DNA of 46,468 nt, from positions 1 to 46,468 of the forward strand of contig JALDTO010000132.1 of NCBI GenBank assembly GCA_023515725.1, written 5' to 3'. Under the pieces are notes generated by a model. The model did not search any database. It was given only the letters and a program-made list of their open reading frames with translations, and was not told where the DNA came from. This document shows, piece after piece, positions 24,862-37,677 of the stretch; position 1 is the first letter of the stretch, and the number at the start of each line of letters is the position of its first letter. The stretch is from Amoeboaphelidium protococcarum X5 (Eukaryota; Fungi; Aphelidiomycota). The position numbers and the translations under genes were made by a program.

Positions 24862-27800
24862 ATGGATTAGTTGATTCTGCAGGTGAAAGAGACTATAAGT
24901 CAGTTGTATAATCCTAATTTGGATTCCAACATCAAGAGACAGGCCAATTAGATGCTGGAAGAGTTTTAGCGTAATCAAGATGCATGGATGGTAGCTAATG
25001 CTCTACTCACTGACTAGGGTGGTGCGAATTCTGTATTATTTAATGTATTTGGTGCCACTATAATCAAGACTAAATGCATCCACGATCAGTACCAGTTGAA
25101 TGAAGAGAGTAAAGTGTCACTCAAGAACTCCATCCTGTAGTTGCTGTTGATGCCTCAGTCTAGTGGTGGTCAGCAGAAGGTGATATAGAGACATTTGATG
25201 GTGGCACTAATCCACCTGGCCGTGAGACTATACGACTGGACTGATGCATTTAATGAAATATGCTCTCAGTTCAATCAGAGTGGGAAGCCTGAGCTAATGT
25301 TGGACTTTGTCCGTCTTCTACCTGAAGAAGTTTCCATGACTGCTGCCTCTCTTGCTGTTAAAGATGATGAGTCTGATCGACATTCTCAGAGTATCAGACG
25401 GTTATTATCATTCTAGAATGCTAGCGTTGTCTTAGACCTTACCATGACCATATTGCAGCAGAGTTCGCCCGATGTTGATATGGTGGAGCTGGGTGTGTAG
25501 ACCCTATTGAGTTGGTTTAAGACTCAAGCAATTGCTGTTTAATCTATCGGTTTAGACAAGTCAAAGTAGTTGCTCAGTTTATTGTTTAGTACTTTGGCTA
25601 GATTTATTCAGAGTGGTGATGGTGATTGTGGCCAAGTTTGTGAAGTTGTTGCGGATTTATTACTGGAAATATCAGCTAGAACTGCACGCGAAGATTTGCT
25701 TGATAATAGTAATAATGATAATGCTAACAATAGTTCTGGTCAAGCGTTCTAGTATAATGAATTCAGATTATGTATTATTAATCACTTGTGGTAGTTGTGC
25801 GAGATGGTATTTGGTGGTGGATTGCAGATTAGCAATGAGATTCATCGTGACTTGACCAGATTGATTACTCAAATTGGCGAAGACTTTATGCCGTTCATAG
25901 TGAAATAGACTGGAGATTATGGACGATTGCCGCTGATGGTTCTAGAGTGTGTCAAGTATCAACACAAAGATCCCGATGAGGATCGAGATTTGCGCGTTAT
26001 TGGAATCACTTTTGGTTTCTGGTTTGAGCTTACTAGAGTGATCCTAGACTCTGATAGAAACGTCAGCAATGATGGGCAGTAAGGAGGCTCTGGTGAAATA
26101 TCGCAACTTCACCAGTCTTACATTGATTTGCATTTGCAGCTCATTAGTGCAATGATGAAATGCTTTTAATATCCTTCTAGTGGCGATTAGGCTTAGAATG
26201 GTGATGGAATGACTGCTGAGGAGAAGGAGGAATTTAGAGATTTCAGACACGCTGGTGGAGACGTGATTAAAGATTGTGTGATGATTGTCAGTCCATCTGA
26301 GGCTTTGAAAATTCCTTTTCAAGCTCTGAATTAGTTCGTCGCTGGTCTTTCGTAGCAGCAGAGTTAGAATGTATGTTAATGGTAGTATGCTGAAGCTGCT
26401 GTATTTGCTCTGAGGACGATGGCAGCACAGGTGGGAGATGAGTAGTAGATCCTGCCAAAGATAATTAAAATGGTTCCACACCTTACTGAGGCTGTGGAGA
26501 AGGCACTTCCTAATTCGTTCGGTGCTCGTAAGTTGCGATACGTGTCTATTCTGATGCTGGGCAGGTACGCATATTGGACCAATAGTCACCCAGAGTATGT
26601 GAAAGAGCACTTGAACTTCATCTATGGTGGATTCAAGATTGGCGGTTAGGATTTGTGCAGTGCCTCGGCTCTGGCATTGAAGTATCTGTGTGAGTCTTGC
26701 AGCAAGCACATGATTCCATTCTTGAATGACTTGCATCAGTTGTATTCTAGTGCTACGTCCAGCGGTACTGCTCTTCCACGCACAGAGATTATGGAATTGA
26801 CTGAGGCTATAGCGTACATTGTAAACAGTGCTCCTTTAACATCTTAGCAATCAGGCGGCGTTGTTGATATAGATCTAACAAAGATTCTCCAAAGTTTTTG
26901 TCAGCCTATAGGTGAATAGTTGTACTCTTTATGCTTTGTCTTGGTCGGTGGATAGCAGTAGTAATAATCTGTAGGTAATGCATCCTTCTCTCAGGTGGAC
27001 ATTCTGCTGGAGCGATTGGGGATATTCTTTCGCAGAGTCAGTCCCAAAGTCCCTCTTGATTAGCCGCATCCGTGTATTTAGCTCTTCGATTCGTGTCTGC
27101 CAATATTTTAGTAGTTGATGACTTATAAACAGATTCCGAATGATACCATGGAATCAGTGTGTAAGTTGATTAAGAGAGTGCTAGTGTCTTATGAGGAGTA
27201 TCCGCAACTTAATGCTATTGTTAATTAGACTTTGTGTCCACTGTTGGCTCAGAGTTTCCAGCTGACACATCATCCGGCTTTATTGTGGATTTCATCGCAT
27301 ATTGTGCGTAGATTTGTCTATAAATATGGCACCACAGCTAGTATAAATTAAATGGTGGAGTCTATGCTGCAGTAATGCTTTTTACTGCTTAATTCTGTGG
27401 ATAAATTCAATCTGTCTCCGGAACTTGTTGATGACTTTATGAGACTATTGACTGCTTGCACTGTATAATTGTCGTAGACATTTTATACCGAGGCTGTGCT
27501 TACTCCTGTCGTGGATTTTATCATATTCGGACTGAATACCACGCAGGTTAGTGCTCTTGAGTCGTTGTTGGATTTTGCTAATCGTCTAGTGTCTGAATCA
27601 ATGATAGCACCCCAAAGTGATGCTAGTGCTGTTCATCAGAATGGAGTCAACGGTGCAAGTCATTCGAAGTAGATGGTGCTTTGTAACGTGATGATGACAC
27701 GTCTTAGTCCTCTGCTGATGACTTTGATCTCTGGCATTATTGGATAGAATCAGAGTGGAACTGCTTACAGTGGGCATTTACTGCAGGATCTGGCTTCTCT

Positions 27801-28041
27801 AATGATGTACACGGCTGATTTGGTATCACCATAGGCATTCGTAAGTGTCCTACAGTAAACTCTGTAGTAAATACAAGCTGTAGACGGGAATCAAGTAAAA
27901 CTGACAAATGCCATTGTCAAGAGGGTCCTGGACAGTTACGCGTTGGCCAAAGAGAAAGGCTAAGAATCTCCTTTGCGATATGGACTGGCAAGTTTAGGTG
28001 CGGCCTTTCGTGTCCGTTCTAGTGCTCCTGCCTTTAGTTGA
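24862..28041 (+). CDS. Importin-beta family karyopherin, transportin-SR/Mtr10 (TNPO3)-like (1059 aa)
   Basis: LYNPN...ANQMLEEFQRNQDAW, LLPEEV, ITFGFWFEL, EFRDFRHAGGDVIKDC, WQYAEAAVFALR and ASALALKYLCESC. Confidence 0.85.
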
Positions 28042-28158
28042 ACTTCTTTATCTTATAATGGAATAATTTTTACATCTGGATTGAAAAATATGATAATTAT
28101 GGAATTACTGTGGACAATAAAGTAGATTTATTATTATTACAATCACCATTGAATGAAG

Positions 28159-29221
28159 TCATCCAACTTACGCATTAGATAGTGCCTACTACTATTACAA
28201 AGTCTGTTTAATTTGGTTCAATTGTTACTCCAGTTCAACCTTAGATTTAACGTGGAGCATCTCTTAATTACTCAGCTCCATTTTATGCGTATGAGAACTC
28301 TAATCCAACTTGTTTACCAAAATCACGTTCTCAGACTTTACGCGGGCAATCTCATCCGTCAAATCGTGAACAATTTTCAATTAAGATCGCAAATCTGATT
28401 CTAAAGTGGAGTTTTAGTTCTTTACCTGATCCTTCTCCAGTCTCAACTGCTCAATCAGTTCATATAAATCGGTATACTTGGTAGTGTGCAATCGTTTCTC
28501 AGACTCTTGATTCTGTTTCAGATCAGCGAATTAGGCGTGAAGATTCTCCAGCTCTGTCTGCAAATTCTTATTCGCCACCTGCAAGTCAATGTTGTCGCGT
28601 TGCATTTTCTTCAGACGATCTGAAAGCGCCGATGTTTCTTGCAGTGCCCGCTGTTACTCATCTATACGCATACTCAGCTTTATAATCTCAGCCTGGTGCA
28701 TAGACTCCATGTCTTCCAGCGTTGCCTAATAATCCTGCTCAGTCTATTTGAACGCGCGCCTAGAGTCTACCAATTCCTGCTGCACCTGAAAGTAGAGCTG
28801 TTTGTATTTCACAGTCTGACTCTCATACTAATCGTCTCTGCTCTTGATCGCCTAAACGAATTCAGCGAAATACTTTGCTCTCAGCACTGAAACATCCGCC
28901 ACTGGCTGAGCGAATTGCCTCCTCAATTAATTGAACTCGGCTGCTTTCTGATCAAGTTGCTACTTCCACTCTACCACCATGTTCTCATGTTCTTCCTCTA
29001 TTTATCTCTACATTAACATTAGGCTTAATATTGATTCCATACATGTGAGTGAGAAGCGGTACCTTTTCATTGGCTGTTTTATCCAACAATTGTTATACTT
29101 CTTGAAGCTGATCCAGTGCATTGTCATACTCAACTTTCAACTACACAATGATTAAAACATTGTAGATACATGTTCATTAATAGGAGAAGATTACATTATC
29201 AAACTGCCGCCTATAGTCCAT
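28159..29221 (-). CDS. Coiled-coil protein resembling the N-terminal half of CEP83/CCDC41 (317 aa); introns 29141-29194 and 29008-29062
   Basis: Spliced frame ATG29221 to TGA28159. Segments VSVLRAKYFAEF, KYKQLYFQVQQE and KLDQSSHTHKMELSNQEMLHVKSKVELEQQLNQI are collinear with my recollection of CEP83. Coiled-coil similarity can mislead. Confidence 0.6.
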
Positions 29222-29466
29222 TCTTAATTGATGAGTGACTTAAAATACTAAACTGGTAGTCGCACAATAGAACAAGAAGCGTGAAGCTGAAACAAGAGAC
29301 AGGTCGGCGGTCTAGAAAACACTCCGTGATAAACATTACAGTACTGTTTTTATTTAAGCAGAGGTGAAAGAATGTAAAGACACCAACAAAATAAATTAAA
29401 GCAGTTTAAAAATATTCTGTCTATTTTATTTAATAATAGTCTTTTATGAAATTTGAGGAAGGAAGA

Positions 29467-29937
29467 TCATGCCATCAAGATCATGGTGGAACCAACTGCA
29501 GCCAAAGCAACGACGGGAGCAAAAGATGAGGAAGACGCGTCATTGCTGCTACTATCAATATTCACACCTTGATTATTTCCCACATTGGCGATATTTCCAT
29601 TGTTATTAGGTGACGAAGTCTTGGACGGGTCACATGGTATGCAATCGCTTCCATCGCCACACTTGCACTGCACCACTTGTTGGCCGTTGTTGTTCTCGAC
29701 CTTGATACTGATTCCCTGGGCGACAGTCGATCCTTAAAAGATCTGAACTGGACAAGTATAAGCTTTGCCATTTGCATATCCAATGGAGCCAGGATTACAA
29801 CCTACATATATATATTAAGAAAAATCATTGTCAAACAGGGATTAAAGATAAACAATTCATAATCAACACTTACCATCTAACGCGACAGCGCTACCAACGA
29901 TCACGCTCAATGCACTCAAAATCAAATTAATCTTCAT
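29467..29937 (-). CDS. Small secreted Cys-containing protein, probably GPI-anchored (132 aa); intron 29802-29873
   Basis: Signal peptide MKINLILSALSVIVGSAVA, six Cys, an N/S-rich stalk and a hydrophobic C-terminus (SSFAPVVALAAVGSTMILMA-TGA). Confidence 0.75.
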
Positions 29938-30343
29938 GATGCTCTTTTGAATTCTAAATTGGTGGAATGGATGGCAAATTACCAGTACAAGATAAAAATA
30001 ACCTAGATAACTTGAAGAATGGAAGAGGAGGATAACTCCGACGCCAAGATATTGTGACTTGCTCACCCCTGGAAAATATTTTCACATGTATCCCATGATC
30101 ACTGTCAACGCGACGCTTTGTGGTAGGTGACGCTGACACTTCATGTGAAAGCTCAAGGCAGAATTTTAATGTTGAAAGCCATGAGTATCGTAACTATTGT
30201 TTAAAAAACATTCAGCACTCATATCATTTAATCCAACACATTTCTATTATAACTCATCATCTCTCAAGCTTCCTTCACTAGGTATTCTTCAATCAATTAA
30301 AGTTCTCAAAACAGTCAAAGTATCAGGAGCTCCCATCATAAAA

Positions 30344-33300
30344 TCATTAAGCCTGCTGCTACTACTACTCCTTTCTTGAACTCTCATCAGGAGTATTATC
30401 TGGAGCACCTGTAACGGCATCAGTCAGCGTATTCAAAGACTTCATGGACATTTTCTACTTTTTAAACTTATCAGCACCGGCAGATGATAAGTTGGCCATG
30501 GAGGCGCTTGTCGCGGCAGTCTTTGCTGTTACAGACTACAGCTGAGCTGCACCAATTTTTATATCTGCACTCATTGCCAGTCCGTTAAACTTGGCCTCCA
30601 GAATCTTGGTGGCATTCTACTGCTCTCGGAGTTCATTAGAAAGTCTCTCAATCTCACTCTGCTGACTCGTGACTTATGACTGCAAGGCATCAATCTTCTT
30701 TAACAATTGCCCCATCTGCTCATCAGATTTCTATACCGAGTGAGATCCACCAGCTGCCTATGACGTCTCAGGTGCTTCTGCAGTTGCGGATAAGTGATTT
30801 TGACTAGAAGCCAATTTAGGATCACTTGTATGGGTTGTCGCCGGAAGTTGAGCCGATGATTCATTAACCTCTTCCAAAGTCTCCTTGGCATTCTTCTTCT
30901 TATTACGCATAGTGAAATTGAATCCTGATGAGGTGGTCTTTCTACTAGCTGACGAATCCACGGAGGTAACTGACGCTTCCTTATTCAACTTCTTCACATC
31001 AAACTTGTCCGCAATACTGTGTGGCTTTTAAGCAGACTTCTCAGTATTTTCATTGATGAGGGAGATCCAGCGCTCCTTTTCCTCATAACTGGAAGATGAT
31101 ACAATCAAGGTCTTTTGCACGTCAATTCTAAACAGTTCCCAGCAGAATTTGTACTCATCAGAATTACCAATATCAGACACGGAGTCTCTTACAGTGATCA
31201 TTGTCAAAGGAACGGCAGCCTTGAACTTGTACCCAGCGGCAGATGTAGCACCCTTCTTCTTGGCATTCTCCTTGCATATCAATAACACATCTTCAAAGAG
31301 GAAAAAGTTCAGCGTATTGTCCTTGGCTATAGCACTAATCTTTGACTTTGCATTCAGAGCCGACTTGTCAATCATCATCATTCTTCCGTCCTGAATTAGA
31401 TGACCAAATTCTGTGATAGATGGCCCTTCAAAGCCCTCAATCTTCTACTGCAGCTCAACGACGGTGCGCTCATTCTCTTTACGTCTTTTAATCTCATTCA
31501 CAGCGGACGCGACTTCCTTCATCTTGTTCAGTCCCTCATCCAGAGCTTTGTAGCCCGGATGACTTTCCAGTGTATATCGCACAAGCTCTTTCAGAAGCAA
31601 GTGATAACGCATAATACGCTATACAGGCTTAATCAACTGGGAAGACAGGTTCTTCAGAGCCAGCTAATACTCCTGACCATCACAATTCATACTGAGAATT
31701 GACGCAATCTCGGGGTGACTACTCAGATCTGGAATCCTCTCAGCGGGCTCCATATGATTTGAGCAATAAATTTCATACAATTTCACGAACTAGGCACTTC
31801 GACTGGCGAAAACTTCTCCCACTTTACCAACCTTCTCGATGCCCGTACCAACCTCCTTCAATTCTTCAACTATAGGCAAATGAAATTGGTTCAGCTCATC
31901 TACATTGCCGAACATTTCAACCAATTTCTACGCTGCATCCTTTGCTTTACCGCCATCTAGAGATTTGTACATCTCATTCAGAGGAGCGGACCAAGTCTGC
32001 ACAATGTACTGAAGGTCCTTGGAATAATTAGTCTCCGTCATTAGCAATTCATCCATGACTTTGCGCATAAAGTCCTCCTAAGTCATCGCAGCACTATTCT
32101 ATTGACCGCCAACTTTAGCCTTGATTTTGTTCACCTTCAAATACTCTTGAATCTAATTAATCTTCTACTTCAGCGCTGGGGCATCAAAGAAACTATCCAA
32201 GCTGTTCAATACAGTCTAGAAATTAGAGATGCTGTACGTGTACAACTCTTCAGGTAGAAACAAATCACTATCAGGCACACCCACAGTATCCCGAGCGTAA
32301 TTCAAGAAATCTTAAATCTTCTCCATGCACGAGTAGGTTGGCAGTTCAGATGAAGCACTATCACCACCAATTATAGTAGTTGGTTGAATAAATGGACCAG
32401 ATTACGGCAAAGGCTTATCAATAGCATCGACAAGAATCTTGAATGCAACACCATTGCGCAAGAAACGGGCCAAATACTCTGGATCCTTCAAGTACCTATC
32501 AGCCACATCACCATCCAGTTCAACAGCAATGCCGAAAAGATTAAACTTCTCTTTCAACTGGCGACATTTTCGGCGCATCTAATTTCTAATATCTGCAGTA
32601 GTGTGCAGGTTCAACAATTCCAGAAACTCGGGAGCAACTACACTGAAGAACGTGTACTTTTTCACTACACTGTCCACATTAGACTTCAACTCAACTACCA
32701 GAGAACTGTTAGAGTAGGACAACGATTCCTGATTAGCGGAAAACTTCTCCACGATATTCTTGGTATTCTTATCAAACACTGCAATATAATCCTTATGAAT
32801 GCCATATAGAACGTTCTCTGGAGCCAGAGATCCGAAGATAGTATAACCAAAGTGAGGCATTTTCTACGCCAGTTAGTAGTAAGCCTTCTCAGCCTCCATT
32901 GCAGTGAGTCCCTTGTGTTGCTAATGTGCAGACAAGATCTTCTTGTACCACCAATTCTCAGACTTGGTCATGGTAAACTTGTGATGAGTCGGTGGTAGAT
33001 AAGTCTGGATCGCACCTATAGTACTGGCCTTGTGCTTCTCTGGATCATGATCACCATAACTCACCTACAACTGGAAGGATGCAAACTCAATCACCTCATT
33101 ATCTTCCAGGTGGTCAACACCGGACAGAACAAACTGCTTAACTTGCTGATAATGCATTGATGACATATTCTTGTCCTGAAGATCAGACACATCATAATAC
33201 ATACTGCGCACCTTAAACTACAATCGGGCACCGGTAACTCCCTAATTAACTACAGGAATGTGCGGCTTCATCCATCTCTCACCACTCTCAGTCTGGATAG

Positions 33301-35249
33301 CAATACCGAAAAAGTCACAATCACCAATATCCATCTTCTCTCCCATCAGTCTAATCAACTGCTATCCAGTGGTCTTCTCAGTAATCTTCATACTCTTACG
33401 ATTATCCCCCAGAAAGTAGACGGTGGCAATCTCCTGATTCACAACTTTGGCTTTAGGCTTAACAATCTAAGCAAATAGAGCAGATCTCAGCTTCTTCTCC
33501 TTGTCCTTCTTCTCAAATTTCACCATCGAGCCAGCAAATCTACCCTCGACACTCTGACATGTACCAATATAAAATCCATTTTCCAACTTCTTGGTAACCG
33601 TAATGACATCGCCCACTAAGAACATCAGTTCATCGTCCTCCTTAGCCTCATGATCACACAGAGCAACGCAGGTAACTGGCAGAGGGCTCTTGGTAGGATC
33701 GTCATTCAGTACTTACTACTGCTACTGCTCATCATCCTCATCAATGTTGGTCTTTGTAGATTTACCCGAGTAATGCTCAATCAACTCTTTCAGTCGGTAG
33801 TCATTAGAGAAATGGCTTATGACAATAAACTCCAGCGGATAAATATAATCTTCATTGAAACTCAGAGTAAGAACGTATCTGTACGGCTTATCCTTGGTCA
33901 TGAACCCCATGATATCAGAATTGATTCCCTTCATGTTAGGTGCATTCTTCTTGTTCATGCTAAATCTCAGTGTATTCTTACCAGGGGACTTTCTCTCTTT
34001 AAGCGTTCCTGAGCCGTGCTCATGCCCACTGGCACCAGACCCACCTTTCTGCTATGGTCCATCATCACCAAAGAAATTCTTCAATCCACTACCAGGCGGT
34101 TTAGCACTAGACATTGTACTCTCATCACTCATTCTGCTCATCTGATCATCAGCAATCTAATTCATAACTGTACCTCGTTTAGCAGATGAGCCACTTCTCA
34201 TCGTTCCTGGAATAGCACTCACGGCCATAGTCGAGTCATCCTCAGACACGTATGCCCATCTACTAAAGGACTTATAAGAGAGATATAAAGTCTACTAATT
34301 CTTATCAGTATTCTAGATATACAGCCCCTCAGTGGCAGCAGTTATATTAAGCAGGAAGGCTTAATCGGCATGAATAGCTTCAAATTTCGAGATGAACCAA
34401 GAAGGGAACGATGATCTAACTGCAATCAAAAACTTCTTGGCAGCATCATTAAATGACACATTAGCCATGGCTTTGACTTGATTCACAATCTTGTCCAACT
34501 TATCATCACCAACTCCTGCATCGTCCATCCAAGCCGGCAGCATCTCACGAGCATCATCCACTTGACTTATGCTCGGATTGATTGCATTCTTACAGTGAAC
34601 TTGGATGGCAACAAGATTCATAGCCTCAGAATCCTGACACTTTTCTGGATTACTCGCTGCTCTAAACTTCATGCTCATCTCTCCATACAAAATAGCAATG
34701 GACTTCTCATCGGTAAAGTCAGTCTTCAAGTCAGTGTACGCATACTTCATGGCCATCTGGATCTTGAACTTTGGCTAAATTATAATCTACTCTGCGATGG
34801 CAACATCATCCAGAAGAAACACCTTCTCATCCAAATCCTATTGCTACTGTTAATGCTATTACTGCTGCTTTGAACTACCATCTTTTCCACTCCCCGATCC
34901 TGTATTAGATCTAGGCAGATTACTATTCCCACCACTTCCACTGCCATTGCCACTGATCATCATAGATCTGCTCACCTGAAAGCCGAAACATTCAATCTAG
35001 GTTAGACCTCTCTTACGGGCAGCAATTTTCAACAAACTCTACACATCGATAGCTAATATTTCTGGTTGATGATAAGAATTCAGTATACAAAAGACATAAG
35101 GTAAGACTTACTCTAGGAGTAGTAAACTACTGCAGGGACGTTTTAAAGTTGCTGTCATCATATAGATCAACAGTGACCAGAGCAATAGAACCAGCAGAGG
35201 AGGCATTCAAAGTACCACCACTTCCATTACTAATTTCTGAATTATTCAT
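30344..35249 (-). CDS. Multidomain RhoGEF: FERM-like, SH3, FERM, CH, DH, PH, coiled coil (about 1610 aa); intron 35039-35111
   Basis: All track fragments share one frame. SH3 ALCDHEAQEDDELMFLVGDVI; FERM FASFQLQVSYGDHD..HKGLTAMEAE..MPHFG; CH FLRNGVAF..IQDFLNY..DLFLPEELY; DH RKVMDELLMTETNY..LIKPVQRIMRYHLLLKEL; PH FFLFEDVLLICK..EKERWISLI. Confidence 0.88.
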
Positions 35250-35813
35250 CACAAGATGTCTATACTTATCTAGACTAAAACTATATTTCTATGTAGATAA
35301 ATACAAATTCTGTCCTCAAACAACAAAGTAACCAAAATAGACAAAACACACTCCCAAAACAAAGTGGAATGGTAAACGAAAGATGAAGGGAGTCAAGTTA
35401 GTGCGTGAGTGGGTGAGTGTGAGTGTGAAAGGGTGAGAGATCAGAGCGGGCGGTTCAAACAAAGCAACGGGCGACGACGGCGGTTAAAAAACAACAAACC
35501 ATGACGGGTGGGTGGCAAACATGTTGGACGTTGCTGTGATTGGTTGATTGATTAACATCATGTCTGCTTGCCTAGAGACGACAGCAATTTATATCTTGTC
35601 TTGATGATAGATTCCGAGTATAATACGTTCTGACTAATTAACACAAATATATGCATAGCTCATGCTTACTACTAATCAGCTACTTTTTAGTCCTGATACA
35701 TCAGCAGCGATTACTGTAAATGCTTCTAGAAGATTTTGCAATTTTTTGAATTTTCTCCAGCAACTGAAATTCCAACAGGTCGCGTTAAAGATCCCCCAAT
35801 TAGTTGATTGACA

Positions 35814-36485
35814 ATGAGCACAACACAGTCTATTGCTGCATCTATTCGAGATGCTTATCAATATCTGCACACTTTAATGTCCTCCTCCACTGGCGATAAT
35901 ATTCTGTAAGTATTCAACATTGCGTCAGACTTTGAAATTGTTTAACGACGGCCATCTGTTATGGGAGATGATCAAGGCTATGATGAAAATGACCAATTGC
36001 CTCCATTGAGTGCTAGATCATAACACGTTGTGGTGATAAAGCGGCGGATGAAATAGCTGGATGCACTCTATACTCAAGGCCCACATAATCCATTTTACAT
36101 TGATTTAATAAAGAGTTAGTAATAGTAATTGCTGTAAGGATAGTAATAATAATAATTGTAGTAAAAGTTTGGAAATATACACAACAATAGTAGCGGACGG
36201 AGTGACGATATTTATACTAACACGCGTGTGAAAATGATTGCTGATGATAATAATCTTACTGCTTACTCTGGGTCTAATCAGCTGAATTCTACAGCAATTC
36301 TGCCACCTCAGCCGTAGCGAATGAACAGCATAAAGTTTGGTCCGCGTTATGGCAAAGATGATCGCCGGTCTGCTCCTCCGTTTGCATTCAGGCCATCTGA
36401 CAGTCTTGATGCTCAGATATTCACGTAATTTAACTTGATGGATCAAGATTAGACTTTGTAATAGCAATCTCAATAGGTCATATGA
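35814..36485 (+). CDS. Hypothetical Q/N-rich protein (223 aa)
   Basis: ATG35814 to TGA36485 is open under TAR=Gln and contains a poly-Q tract encoded by TAA/TAG. No known domain. Confidence 0.6.
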
Positions 36486-36646
36486 ATATAATAACATGTA
36501 GATTTTGTTTTATACCTCGATGTCTTGTTGACCATGTTAAATTTCCACCTTCTTGTTGTAAACAAGATTAATCTTAATTTTCCATCTTAGGCGCTTTCAC
36601 CCACTATCGAGTGTATTCAAATATAAAACTATCAAAGAATTACAAA

Positions 36647-37591
36647 ATGACTGATAATGCGCTAAATGTATTTGTCATTGGATCTGTGGCTGGACTTTTA
36701 TCAGACGCAGTTGTACATCCACTGGACACCTTAAGGGCCAGATTGTAGACTGTGAAAACTAGATAGAAGATCGCGTACAAAGGCCTCTACAATGGATTCT
36801 ACGTGGTCGCTATGGGTACAATCCCTGGACACGCTCTCTATTTTGCTGGCTATGAGTACTCTAAAAAGTATCTCTCGGATATGTTTATAAGCTAGTCAAC
36901 TACTACTGATGATGTGAGATAAAAATCAGTTCAAATGAATAACAATAGTTCGCGATCTTTGAATATTGCCATAAATCTAACCAGCGGACTGATGGCTGAA
37001 TTTTGTGGAGCTCTAGCATGGACACCTATGGATGTAATCAAGTAGCGACTACAAGTTCTGAATCAATAATCCAATGCCACTATGGTTGAGTCGGTGTAAT
37101 TTATTGCTTAGACTTACAGGGAGCGGGGAGTAAGAGAGTTCTATCGCGGCTTTGGAACAGCTCTGCTTGTATACGGTCCTTTTGTGTCCCTCTATTTTGG
37201 TCTATACGAGGAGTGGAAATACTATTGGCGATAAAGATACATGACCGTAAATCAAGTGACAAGTTAAACGGATTTGGAATCTATAAAGCTGCCCACACAT
37301 TTATACTGGACTGGAGCCGCGTTAAGCGCTGCTGTAGCTGCCACCGTGACGTGCCCAATCGATGTGGTAAAGACGCGAATTCAAGTTTACTCTGCCTCAA
37401 ACACTTAGGCAGAAAGCGGGCTTAGACTTAAGAAAGTTTTATCTGATTTGATCAAAGAGGAGGGTGTTAGAGGTTTATTCAGAGGATTGGTACCTCGAGT
37501 GTTGTGGATGTCTGGCGGCACTGCTCTCACCATGATTTGCTACGAAGAACTAAAGAATCTCACATCGAAGACTAGCCCGTAATAATGTTGA
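36647..37591 (+). CDS. Mitochondrial carrier family (SLC25) protein (314 aa); substrate not assigned
   Basis: Three Px[DE]xx[KR]x[RK]xQ repeats: HPLDTLRARLQ (Q=TAG), TPMDVIKQRLQ and CPIDVVKTRIQ. Confidence 0.93.
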
Positions 37592-37677
37592 GTTAACAAA
37601 GTAAAATAAGCTACTCTAGTGTCAGATTAATCTACTACTTGTACTATTAAATGTCATGGTTCTGATGATGTCATTGA

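Noticed and set aside
26044-26736. Longest ORF in the supplied track (230 aa, minus strand) and similar antisense ORFs such as 805-1158, 32384-32809 and 34478-34873
   Set aside because: They are antisense shadows of well-supported genes on the opposite strand and carry no motifs.
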